From Macrostomum lignano (taxonomy: Eukaryota), in NCBI GenBank assembly GCA_002269645.1, contig NIVC01001008.1, positions 310,001 through 374,000 of the forward strand: a stretch of DNA of 64,000 bases, read 5' to 3'. Position numbers and translations under genes: made by a program. A model generated the notes under the pieces. It was not told where the DNA came from. It saw only the letters and a list, made by a program, of their open reading frames with translations, and ran no database searches. Shown here piece by piece: positions 40,601-63,622 of this stretch. Position 1 is the stretch's first letter; every line of letters begins with the position of its first letter.

Positions 40601-43600
40601 GGGAATTTTCTGCAGACAGAATTGGCATTAGGGGAATTTTTTGAGAGAATCGGGATAGGGGAATTTTCTGCAGATAGAATCGGGATAGGGGAATTTTTTG
40701 AGAGAATCGGGATAGGGGAATTTTCTGCAGATTGAATCGGGATAGGGGAATTTTTTGAGAGAATCAAGATAGGGGAATTTTCTGCAGATAGAATCGGGAT
40801 AGGGGAATTTTCTGAAGACAGAATCGGTATAGGGGAATTTTCTGCAGATAGAATCGGGATAGGGGAATTTTTTGAGAGAATCGGGATAAGGGAATTTTCT
40901 GCAGATAGAATCGGGATAGGGGAATTTTTTGAGAGAATCGGGATAGGGGAATTTTCTGCAGATAGAATCGAGATAGGGCAATTTTCTGAAGATAGAATCG
41001 GGATTAGGGGATTTTCTGTAGACAGAATCGGGATTTGGGGAATTTTTTAAGAGAGAATCGGGATAGGGGAAGTTTCTGCAGAGAGAGTCGAGATAGGGGA
41101 ATTTTCTGCAGATAGAATCGGGATAGGGGACTTTTCTGCAGAGAGAGTCCAGATAGGGGAATCTTCTGAAGATAGAATCGGAATAGGGGTATTTTCTGCA
41201 GATAGAATCGGGATAGGGAAATTTCTGCATAGAAAGTCGAGATAGGGGAATTTTCTGCAGATAGAATCGGGATAGGGAAATTTCTGCATAGAAAGTCGGG
41301 ATAGGGGAATTTTCTGCAGATAGAATTGGGATAGGTGAATTTCTGCATAGAAAGTCGGGATAGGGGAATTTTCTGTAGAGAGAATCGAGATAGGGGAATT
41401 TTCTGAAGATACAATCGGGATAGGGGAATTTTCTGCAGATAGAATTGGGATAGGGGAATTTTCTGTAGACAGAATTGGGATTAGGGGAATTTTTTAGGAG
41501 AGAATCGGGATAGGGGAATTTTGCTGCAGTGAGAATCACGAATTTTTTGCAGAGAGAATCGGGATAGGGGAATTTTATTAAGAGAGAATCGGGATTGGGG
41601 AATTTTCTGCAGAGAGTCGGGTTAGGGGAATTTTCTGTAGACAGAATCGGGATAGGGGAATTTACTGCAGACAGAATCGGGATAGGGGAATTTTCTGCAG
41701 AGAGAATCGAAATAGGGTAATTTTCTGTAGACAAAATTGGGATTAGGGGAATTTTTTAAGAGAGAATCGGGATAGGGGAATTTTCTACAGAAAGAATCAG
41801 GATAGGGGAATTTTCTGCAGACAGAATTGGGATTAGGGGAATTTTTTGAGAGAATCGGGATAGGGGAATTTTCTGCAGATAGAATCGGGATAGGGGAATT
41901 TTCTGAAGACAGAATCAGGATAGGGGAATTAGAGAGAACTACGCTATGAGAAATGTTTCTAGCAAGGAATTTGTTAGGGAGATTTTCTATATATGCGAGC
42001 TAGATTACGATTGGGGAATTCTCCGAATCAAAAAACCCTAGTCATGAATTCTCACTTCTTGCAGCCGGTGTGAAACCGGTTGTAACTGGACAAATTGATC
42101 AGGCATCCGAACCCGATGCCCAGGTTGTAGAACACCTGCACGAGAGCTTCGTACCAAGCCTGCGGCTCTGTGAGGATGTCCCAGTTGGGCCGGATAAACA
42201 TGCGAATGCCGGTCAGTGAGCGCGAGTCCCGCACAGCCAGGATGAACAAGATGACGATGAGCAGCAGGCCCAGGACTAGGCACACGCTGAGTATCTGCGC
42301 GACGATGGGGCGGAACGGGGGCGGTAGGGGGCGCTTAGGATTCTGTAAGGGAGAGAGAGAGTATTTGATACTGATTGGAGTGGCGCAGAGGAAGATAGAT
42401 AGAGATGGATAGAGATGGGCAGAGCTTGATATAGATGGGCAGAGACGGATATAGATGAATAGAGGTGGATAGAGATGGACGGAGCTGGATAGAGATGGGC
42501 AGAAATGGATAGAGATGGATAGAGATGGATAGAGATGGGCAGAGACGGATAGAGATGGACAGAGATTGATAGAGATGGATAGAGATGGATAGAGATGGAT
42601 AGAGATGGATAGAGATGGATAGAGATGGGCAGAGACGGATAGAGATGAATAGAGATGGATAGAGATGGATAGAGATGGATAGAGATGAATAGAGATGAAC
42701 AGAGATGGACAGAGATGGATAGAGATGGACAGAGATGGATAGAGATGGGCAGAGACGGATATAGATGAATAGAGATGGATAGAGATGGATAGAGATGGAT
42801 AGAGATGGGCAGAGACGGATAGAGATGAATAGAGATGGATAGAGATGGATAGAGATAGATAGAGATGGATAGAGATGGGCAGAGATGGATAGAGATGAAT
42901 AGAGATGGATAGAGATGGACAGAGATGGATAGAGATGGACAGAGATGGATAGAGATGGATAGAGATAGATAAAGATGGGTAGAGATGAATAGAGATGGAT
43001 AGAGATGGATAGAGATGAATAGAGATGGATAGAGATGGATAGAGATGGATAGAGATGGATAGAGATGGATAGAGATAGATAGAGATGGATAGAGATGGGC
43101 AGAGACGTATAGAGATGAATAGAGATGGATAGAGATGGACAGAGATGGATAGAGATGGACAGAGATGGATAGAGATGGACAGAGATGGATAGAGATGGAT
43201 AGAGATAGATAAAGATGGGTAGAGATGAATAGAGATGGATAGAGATGGATAGAGATGAACAGAGATGGATAGAGATAGATAAAGATGGGTAGAGATGAAT
43301 AGAGATGGATAGAGATGGATAGAGATGAACAGAGATGGATAGAGATAGATAAAGATGGGTAAAGATAAAGATGGAATAAAGACGGGATAAAGATAAAGAT
43401 GGAAAGAGATAGATAGAGATGAATAGAGATGGGCAGAGATGAATAGAGATGGGTAGAGATGATTAGAGATGGGTAGAGATGAATAGAGATGGGTAGAGAT
43501 GAATAGAGATGGGTAGAGATGATTAGAGATGGGTAGAGATGATTAGAGATGGGTAGAGATGATTAGAGATGGGTAGAGATGATTAGAGATGGGTAGAGAT

Positions 43601-44199
43601 GAATAGAGATGATTGGTAAAGATCGATAGAAATCGGAAAGATACGGATTCAGGCGAATTAATATCGGAGGAAAATGGCGAGCAATGGTGATGTGGGAAAG
43701 GGAGGTAGAAAGGGAGAATTGAAGAGCAGTTCAATTTTGAGTCGCTCAGCAACTCATTAATGTTTTTAATTAGCTGTTGGTGCGCTTGTAAGTAGTGCTT
43801 TTATTATAAAAAATCGGTGACTTGAACGCTAAAAATTGGTTAGAGAACAAGTTGTTGTTCATAAGAAGATCTGGTTCCATGAAGTTTACAATAAATATTG
43901 CTGTTATCAAGAGTTAGCTCTGGTATAGCAAGTGGCGCAGGTTAGTTTTTAATCGTAACGGTTTAGCCAAAACCATTAGCCAAAAATATTATACAATTTT
44001 TCATCCAAGCATTGGTTTACCATCATTGTGGCTAAGTTTATTGGCCGTTCAAATGTCTGAAAACAATGTTTTGGACTTATTAATTGAAGGTTCAGAAGTG
44101 ATACACAGGTAAGGATTCATTGACTGATCGGCTGATTGGTTTACTGTTTGATTGATATATTGATTGATGGTGGATGGCTTGATTGATTGACTGATTGAC

Positions 44200-44263
<64 letters not shown>

Positions 44264-44272
44264 AGATAGATA

Positions 44273-44308
<36 letters not shown>

Positions 44309-44398
44309 TATTGATTTATTGACTGATCGGCTGATTGGCTGATTGGTTTACTGTTTGATTGATATATTGATTGATGGTGGATGGCTTGATTGATTGAC

Positions 44399-44467
<69 letters not shown>

Positions 44468-45740
44468 TCTTGATTTCTTGATTGATTGACTGATTTATTG
44501 ATTGACTGATTGACTGATTGACTGATTGATTGACTGATTAACTGATTGATTGATTGATGGATTTCTTGACTGATTAACTGATTGATTGATTGATGGATTT
44601 CTTGATTGATTGACTGATTGATTGATTGACTGATTGATTGATGGCTGATTGATTGATTGATTGAATGATTGTTTGATAGTTTCATAGGCCATAGAAGATA
44701 TAGCTACCTTTCCAGAATTTCGAATGCCCCTGCACAGAGACACCGCAATGAGCAGCCACATGAGCAGGCAGCAGCCCCACAGCTGCCAGTTGATGCTGTT
44801 AAATTCGCCCGAGTTGTCCGGGGAGAGGCCGAGCACACCGAATCTGACAGGTGACAAGATTGACGGCTTTGTGCTCATGCTATCGGTCTGTGGATAGTAG
44901 ATTACATTGTCACACCTGCTCCATCAGCATCAGGGGATATTTATCAACCAGTGTCACACCTGAGCAGTTCTGCTCCATCAGCATCAGGGGATATTTATCA
45001 ACCAGTGTCACACCTGAGCAGTTCTGCTCCATCAGCATCAGGGGATATTTATCAACCAGTGTCGCACCTGAGCAGTTCTGCTCCATCAGCATCAGGGGAT
45101 ATTTATCAACCAGTGTCACACCTGAGCAGTTCTGCTCCATCAGCATCAGGGGATATTTATCAACCAGTGTCGCACCTGAGCAGTTCTGCTCCATCAGCAT
45201 CATGGCAATCAGGATCAATAATCAGCAGCAATAAAACTAATTGACGTCACACCTGAAATATTCCCTACTGGCCACGATAAAATTAACAGCCGTGAAGTTG
45301 GTGACGCTCAATACAGCGGAAGTGCCATTCAAATCGGTGCCATTTTCTGACCAGCTTTCATTGTAGACGCTGAAGCTGCAGTCTAAAATAGAAGGAGAAA
45401 TTAGTAGGGAATAAATCAACGTGTCTCTGGCAACGGGAGGCCGAACATTTGCTATCTGTCCTTGTTAGGTTGGTGAACACTTTCCGGGATTTAGATCCCA
45501 GCTGCTCAATCCGCCAGATTGCTTTCGTCAGGCGATTCGTGACCGGCCAACACCCTGAGACGTCTCTCAGATTCGAGTTCAGAATTTTGAAACAGCTGCT
45601 GCCATGCAATCTCGAGTGGCATTTCAGCTGACCGTTTCATCTCACGTGCCAGCTGCTTCCCAGTTCCGCCTGCCTCCCCTGCCTTCTTTGAGCTCTCCGC
45701 TCGTTCCTAGATCTCTCGGATCTCTCTGATCTCCCTGATC

Positions 45741-45837
<97 letters not shown>

Positions 45838-47453
45838 CTCTCTGATCTCTCTGATCTCTCTGATCTCTCTGATCTCTCTGATCTCCCTGATCTCCCTGAT
45901 CTCCCTGATCTCCCTGATCTCTCTGATCTCTCTGATCTATCTGATCTCCCTGATCTCCCTGATCTCCTGATCTCTCTGATCTCTCTGATCTATCTGATCT
46001 CCCTGATCTCCCTGATCTCCCTGATCTCCCTGATCTCTCTGATCTATCTGATCTATCTGATCTCCCTGATCTCCCTGATCTCCCTGATCTCTCTGATCTC
46101 TCTGATCTATCTGATCTCCCTGATCTCCCTGATCTCCCTGATCTCCCTGATCTCTCTGATCTATCTGATCTATCTGATCTCCCTGATCTCCCTGATCTCC
46201 CTGATCTCTCTGATCTCCCTGATCTCCCTGATCTCTCTGATCTCTCTGATCTCTCTGATCTCTCTGATCTCTCTGATCTCTCTGATCTCTCTGATCTCTC
46301 TGATCTCTCTGATCTCTCTGATCTCTCTGATCTCTCTGATCTCTCTGATCTCTCGTCTGCTCCGTGTCTTGTCTCGTCCTGTAGTCTCTCCCGCACTCAC
46401 TGGCGCTGTTGAAGCTGTGTTCGCAGTTGGCCCAGGGCAGGTTGGGCGCCAAAGAGGCAAAGAAATAGTACAGGCACAGCGCACCCATGGCGCTGTAGTA
46501 CACGGCCAGGTAGAGCAGAATAATGAAGGACGCAATGCCGATGCCCCGGCTAATGGGCACAATTTTCCACACTCTGTAGAAGCCTTCGCGAAAGTATTGG
46601 CCTAGTATGAGCTCCAAAAAGTAGATCGGTATGCCGCAGATGATCATCATGATGAGGTAGGGGGCGAAGAATGCACCTGGAATGAGTGGGAATTTGAGCG
46701 AGTACTATAGATCCCACCGACATGGAGGTGACTTTGATCCCACCAAGATCCCACCAAAAGTTAGTGTAGTGTATGTAGGCTTGCTTATCCGGAAGTGAAG
46801 TACGCTGATACACGTATCATTGACCCTCCTATCGAAAGTAGCTTAGATCCCACCTACCGGAAGTGACTTAGATCCCACCTACCGGAAGTGGCTTAGCTCC
46901 TACGTACCGGAAGTGGCTTAGATCCTACCTACCGGAAGTGGCTTAGCTCCTACCTACCGGAAGTGGCTTAGCTCCTACCTACCGGAAGTGGCTTAGCTCC
47001 TACCTACCGGAAGTGGCTTAGCTCCTACCTACCGGAAGTGGTTTAGCTCCTACCTACCGGAAGTGGCTTAGCTCCTACCTACCGGAAGTGGCTTAGCTCC
47101 TACCTACCGGAAGTGGCTTAGCTCCTACCTACCGGAAGTGGCTTAGCTCCTACGTACCGGAAGTGGCTTAGATCCTACCTACTGGAAATGGCCTAGATCC
47201 CCTCCACCTACAGGAAATGGCATAAATATCAAATGTCACCTGTAAGCAAATCAAACTCATGCTACTCTACAAACACACCCATATTCCTCAGGAAATCGCT
47301 CTCACCTCCGCCGTACTTGAAGCAGAGAACGGGGAATCGCCACACGTTGCCCATGCCGATTGTAAAGGCCATGCAGGAGACGAAGAAATCGTACTTTCCC
47401 CTCCAGGCGTGCCAGTAGTGATCGGCGTCTTCGTCGCTCTCGTGGGATCGCGT
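31657..47453 (-). CDS. SLC6 (sodium:neurotransmitter symporter family) transporter B, divergent; no in-frame ATG found
   Basis: Exons 47453-47306, 46676-46401, 45382-45253, 44843-44708, 42294-42056, 37592-37465, 35915-35632 (alternative 34525-34242), 33700-33500, 33274-33110, 32990-32414, 31835-31657; phases are consistent. Motifs [54 protein letters not shown]. The last exon is less certain; read-through would stop at 32391. Confidence 0.88.
31915..32370. repeat. 35-bp minisatellite in the last SLC6-B intron
   Basis: Unit cagggctctgattgacccgccactggctctcctat. Confidence 0.95.
33845..34135. repeat. 20-bp minisatellite
   Basis: Unit cacagctggggtattggagt. Confidence 0.96.
34242..34525 (-). CDS. 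Alternative (duplicated) exon 7b of SLC6-B encoding EL4b-TM8-TM9
   Basis: Open 284-nt exon, ctcgcag|GC (phase 1) to TCT|gtgcgg (phase 0). Same length and phases as exon 7a; aligns to SLC6-A exon 9. Confidence 0.7.
34775..35452. repeat. 9-bp repeat (agagatcac)n between exons 7a and 7b
   Basis: Direct inspection. Confidence 0.97.
35950..36612. repeat. 25-bp minisatellite, ~25 copies
   Basis: Unit gattagcaatccactgtcttgtata. Confidence 0.98.
36885..37310. repeat. 18-19-bp C-rich minisatellite
   Basis: Unit cccccagacagcaagc(gc/atc). Confidence 0.97.
37643..41930. repeat. ~31-bp satellite (4.3 kb) with ~1-kb higher-order repeat, in SLC6-B intron 5
   Basis: Unit gagagaatcgggataggggaattttctgca; marker tgcagtgagaatcacg at 38321, 39321, 40320 and 41525. 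Confidence 0.98.
42400..43610. repeat. 10-bp repeat (agagatggat)n
   Basis: Direct inspection. Confidence 0.97.
44120..44670. repeat. (ATTG)n microsatellite with an internal duplication
   Basis: Direct inspection. Confidence 0.96.
44905..45203. repeat. 54-bp minisatellite, ~5.5 copies
   Basis: Unit ccatcagcatcaggggatatttatcaaccagtgtcacacctgagcagttctgct. Confidence 0.97.
45710..46355. repeat. (TC)n plus 9-bp (gatctctct)n compound repeat
   Basis: Direct inspection. Confidence 0.97.
46845..47190. repeat. 25-bp minisatellite carrying ACCGGAAGTG (ETS consensus), SLC6-B intron 1
   Basis: ACCGGAAGTG at 46856 and every 25 bp to 47156 (13 perfect copies). Confidence 0.97.
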
Positions 47454-47574
47454 CTGACAAGGGAGCGGTTTGGTTGGGTGACACTTTTGGGATGATGAGG
47501 CACAATTATTGGAGATGAGTCACATTCGAATGTGGTGATGAATTACGCTTACATGTATAAAGTACAAGTCATAA

Positions 47575-48200
47575 TCATGGGTTGATGAGTCATACTCATG
47601 GGTTGATGAGTCATACTCATGGGTTGATGAGTCATACTCATGGGTTGATGAGTCATACTCATGGGTTGATAAGTCATACTCATGGGTTGATGAGTCATAC
47701 TCATGGGTTGATGAGTCATACTCATGTGTTGATGAGTCATACTCATGGGTTGATGAGTCATACTCATAGGTTGATGAGTCATACTCATGGGTTGATGAGT
47801 CATACTCATAGGTTGATGAGTCATACTCATGGGTTGATGAGTCATACTCATGGGTTGATGAGTCATACTCATGGGTTGATGAGTCATACTCATGGGTTGA
47901 TGAGTCATACTCATGGGTTGATGAGTCATACTCATGGGTTGATGAGTCATACTCATGGGTTGATGAGTCATACTCATGGGTTGATGAGTCATACTCATGG
48001 GTTGATGAGTCATACTCATGGGTTGATGAGTCATACTCATGGGTTGATGAGTCATACTCATGGGTTGATGAGTCATACTCATGGGTTGATGAGTCATACT
48101 CATGGGTTGATGAGTCATACTCATGGGTTGATGAGTCATACTCATGGGTTGATGAGTTATGCTCATTGTGTGATGAGTCATACTCATTGTCACACTCATA
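47575..48200. repeat. 21-bp minisatellite carrying ATGAGTCAT (AP-1 consensus)
   Basis: Unit tcatactcatgggttgatgag, ~27 copies. Confidence 0.98.
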
Positions 48201-48589
48201 CTCATTACTCAAATTTGCTGCTTTAACGTCTCCTGCCCTATCTTGTAATCAAAATATCGAAGGTTTGTGAAAAAATCTTGAATAAGAAAATGCAGTGCTT
48301 CTACAGGTATAGCAGAAATTTATATGAATTTCTATCGAACTGCCTTTTCTGCTTTGAATAGGCCCCTATTGAGTTTTCATTGATTTCGGATAAACTGCTT
48401 TGAGGCAGCAATGGGCAGCGCTGCATGCGGTGTATTGATGAGATTTTCCCATGCCCGAGGCGGTAGTTGCTTCATAAGCATGCTCCCTAATTTCTTCTCA
48501 GCTAGCCTCTGTAACAAACAGCTCTTTAAAAATAAAATGTTATTCTACAAAGTGCGTTTCGATCTTATCACCGATAAACACTCGGGGTC

Positions 48590-49692
48590 CCTTCTCATTC
48601 CCCAAAACGACACTGGGAAGCCTTCTCATTCCCCAAAACGACACTGGGAAGCCATCTCATTCCCCAAAACGACACTGGGAAGCCTTCTCATTCCCCAAAA
48701 CGACACTGGGAAGCCATCTCATTCCCCAACACGACACTGGGAAGAATTCTCATTCCCCAAAACGACACTGGGAAGCCGTCTCATTCCCCAAAACGACACT
48801 GGGAAGCCGTCTCATTCCCCAAAACGACACTGGGAAGCCGTCTCATTCCCCAAAACGACACTGGGAAGCCATCTCATTCCCCAAAACGACACTGGGAAGC
48901 CATCTCATTCCCCAAAACGACACTGGGAAGCCATCTCATTCCCCAACACGACACTGGGAAGAATTCTCATTCCCCAAAACGACACTGGGAAGCCATCTCA
49001 TTCCCCAACACGACACTGGGAAGCCATCTCATTCCCCAAAACGACACTGGGAAGCCATCTCATTCCCCAAAACGACACTGGGAAGCCGTCTCATTCCCCA
49101 AAACGACACTGGGAAGCCGTCTCATTCCCCAAAACGACACTTGGAAGCCTTCTAATTCCCCAAAACGACACTGGGAAGCCATCTCATTCCCCAAAACGAC
49201 ACTGGAAGCCGTCTCATTCCCCAAAACGACACTGGGAAGCCGTCTCATTCCCCAAAACGACACTGGGAAGCCGTCTCATTCCCCAAAACGACACTGGGAA
49301 GCCTTCTCATTCCCCAAAACGACACTGGGAAGCCGTCTTATTCCCCAAAACAACACTGGGAAGCCGTCTCATTCCCCAAAACGACACTGGGAAGCCTTCT
49401 CATTCCCCAAAACGACACTGGGAAGCCATCTCATTCCCCAAAACGACACTGGGAAGCCATCTCATTCCCCAACACGACACTGGGAAGCCATCTCATTCCC
49501 CAAAACGACACTGGGAAGCCATCTCATTCCCCAACACGACACTGGGAAGCCATCTCATTCCCCAAAACGACACTGGGAAGCCATCTCATTCCCCAAAACG
49601 ACACTGGGAAGCCATCTCATTCCCCAACACGACACTGGGAAGAATTCTCATTCCCCAAAACGACACTGGGAAGCCGTCTCATTCCCCAAAAA
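48590..49692. repeat. 31-bp minisatellite between SLC6-A and SLC6-B
   Basis: Unit cattccccaaaacgacactgggaagccatct. Confidence 0.98.
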
Positions 49693-49722
49693 GCACTCGG
49701 ACACTTTCATATCCATGACAGC

Positions 49723-61212
<11,490 letters not shown>

Positions 61213-62064
61213 TTTAAATAAATTTTCAATCTTTAATGAACTTCTTCAAGCGGAGTTCCATTATCGTCTGCAGTAGTAAAAAGTAATAATTTTAAGCAAT
61301 AAACTGGCCAAGAGGGGGGTCCCGTCCGACCCCAGCGTTCTCATTCTGTCTAACTTTGCCTCTCTCCGTAAGCTTACTTGTATTCTGCAGCTGGGGACCG
61401 CCCCGTCCTATCTCTCGTCTCCGAGCCTGGCGCACGCGCGAATTATTTATGGACTACTAATGGAGGCTAACAGAGATCTGGATTGGAAACTGGTAAAAAA
61501 AAGTCCTACTATAATTTCAATTAAACAATTAAACAATCTGTTATAACTATGCAGTCCATATAGTTACACGCTGAAGTCCTTGGCTACTCGGGGTGTGAGA
61601 AGAGAGCGCAGGGGTGGCTGCAGAGACTAAAGCTACAGGTTTGTTTAAAGTCTCTGCTGGCTGGTGTACGAGTTACAACGCTGAGAACAATTCAGTCTAA
61701 CAAAAGGGGGTTGCCCCGACCTGCAGCAGGCTCACGAGAGCGGCCCTTGACTCGCCATGGAGGGAGTTCATTGCTGAGCAATCTTGTGAAATATAGAGAC
61801 AAAATTTAGCGTATGAGATTTTTATTGTTTAGCTTTCATTGCGGTGAATGGATGGAAACCGAAAGACATCGAAGTAGTACAAAGAGAAACTAGATTAAAA
61901 ATTAATATTGCCCTCGTACATGTACATTGCAGGCTAGCGACAATTGGCCAAGAAGTGAAAATAGGAACCAAGGGCGACAGAAAAAAGGTGGGAGAGAGGC
62001 TGAGGAGATGGTGGGAAACAGAGGATGGCAAAAAATGAGAAAGAGTGTGAGAAAGAGAAAGGGT

Positions 62065-63010
62065 GGGAAAGAGTGTGGTAAAGAGTGTGGTAAAGAGTGT
62101 GGTAAAGAGTGTGGTAAAGAGTGTGGTAAAGAGTGTGGTAAAGAGTGTGGTAAAGAGTGTGGTAAAGAGTGTGGTAAAGAGTGTGGTAAAGAGTGTGATA
62201 AAGAGTGTGGTAAAGAGTGTGGTAAAGAGGGTGGTAAAGAGTGTGGTAAAGAGTGTGGTAAAGAGTGTGGTAAAGAGGGTGATAAAGAGTGTGGTAAAGA
62301 GTGTGGTAAAGAGTGTGGTAAAGAGGGTGGTAAAGAGTGTGGTAAAGAGGGTGATAAAGAGTGTGGTAAAGAGTGTGGTAAAGAGGGTGATAAAGAGTGT
62401 GGTAAAGAGTGTGATAAAGAGTGTGGTAAAGAAGGTGATAAAGAGTGTGGTAAAGAGGGTGATTAAAGAGTGTGGTAAAGAGGGTGATAAAGAGTGTGGT
62501 AAAGAGTGTGGTAAAAAGTGTGGTAAAGAGGGTGATAAAGAGTGTGGTAAAGAGGGTGATAAAGAGTGTGACAAACAGGCGCGGATCCGGGAATTTCTTG
62601 AGGGGGGGCCAAATTTTTTCATACTGCCCCGAGTAGGAACCCACCCAAGGCCCAAGCCCTTTCTTTACTTAGAAGGGGGCCAAAGGCCAAGAGCAGAATT
62701 TTTTTCGAGGCAGCTGAGGGGGGCCATGGCCCCCTTGGCCCCCCCCCCAGGATCCGCCACTGGTGACAAAGAGGGTGATGAAGTGTGGTAAAGAGTGTGG
62801 TAAAGAGGGTAATAAAGAGTGTGGTAAAGAGTGTGACAAAGAGTGTGATAAAGTGTAGTAAAGAGTGTGGTAAAGAGTGTGACAAAGAGTGTGATAAAGT
62901 GTAGTAAAGAGTGTGGTAAAGAGTTCGATAAAGATTGCAGTAAAAAGGGTGGGAAAGAGTGTGGTAGATAGAGTGTGGTAAATAGGGTGGTAAAAGGGTG
63001 GTAAAGTGTG
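62065..63010. repeat. 12-bp repeat (aaagagtgtggt)n, interrupted by a MITE
   Basis: Direct inspection. Confidence 0.97.
62576..62762. mobile_element. hAT-type MITE, 187 bp, 8-bp TSD
   Basis: TIRs CAGGCGCGGATCC / GGATCCGCCACTG (2 mismatches); gtgacaaa duplicated at 62568-75 and 62763-70. Confidence 0.85.
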
Positions 63011-63354
63011 TGTTAAAAAGGTTGGGAAAGAGAGGATGAGAGTTGGAGAAGGGAAAGATTAGACGTCACTGTCAAATCATTTTTGTAATAATGGCACAGG
63101 AGAGCTGATTAACTTCAATCTTACTAGTACAAGCTATTTGAAAAGGATCGGAAGAGCTGAACCAGACCTAAACTCAAGATATAAACTTTAGTAGTCAGCA
63201 CTGTGTTGATCTTTGATATTTGAACAACTACAATACACTACAGTGTGAGGGGGTGAGAAAGAGGGTAGTAGGATAGAGTGGAGAGGGGAGGGTGACCAAA
63301 TACCTGATCGTGGGATTGAGACTTAAAACTATCTCCCTTCACTACACTCCAATA

Positions 63355-63622
63355 TACTCAAATGAACTGGCGCCCACTCAAATGAAACGGCGGGCCCACT
63401 CAAATGAAATGGCGCCCACTCGAATGAAATGGCGCCCGCTCAAATGAAATGGCGCCTACTCAAATGAAATGGCGCCTACTCAAATGCAATGGCGCCCACT
63501 CAAATTAAATGGCGCCTACTCAAACGAAATGGCGCCTACTCAAATGCAATGGCGCCCACTCAAATGAAATGGCGCCCACTCAAATGAAATGGCGCCCACT
63601 CAAATGAAATGGCACCCGCTCA
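63355..63622. repeat. 20-bp minisatellite, ~13 copies, with AAATGGCG
   Basis: Unit ctcaaatgaaatggcgccca. Confidence 0.96.

Noticed and set aside
48200-48520. Cis first exon supplying the ATG for SLC6-B
   Set aside because: Candidate ATG frames hit stops or lack a phase-0 GT donor compatible with the 47453 acceptor; not fully excluded.
47520-49718. HEYDSST and PKTTLG repeat ORFs (230, 435 aa)
   Set aside because: Stop-free tandem repeats with no unique domain.
62063-62791. Metallothionein-like KECG repeat ORFs
   Set aside because: 12-bp satellite open in several frames on both strands and interrupted by a MITE.
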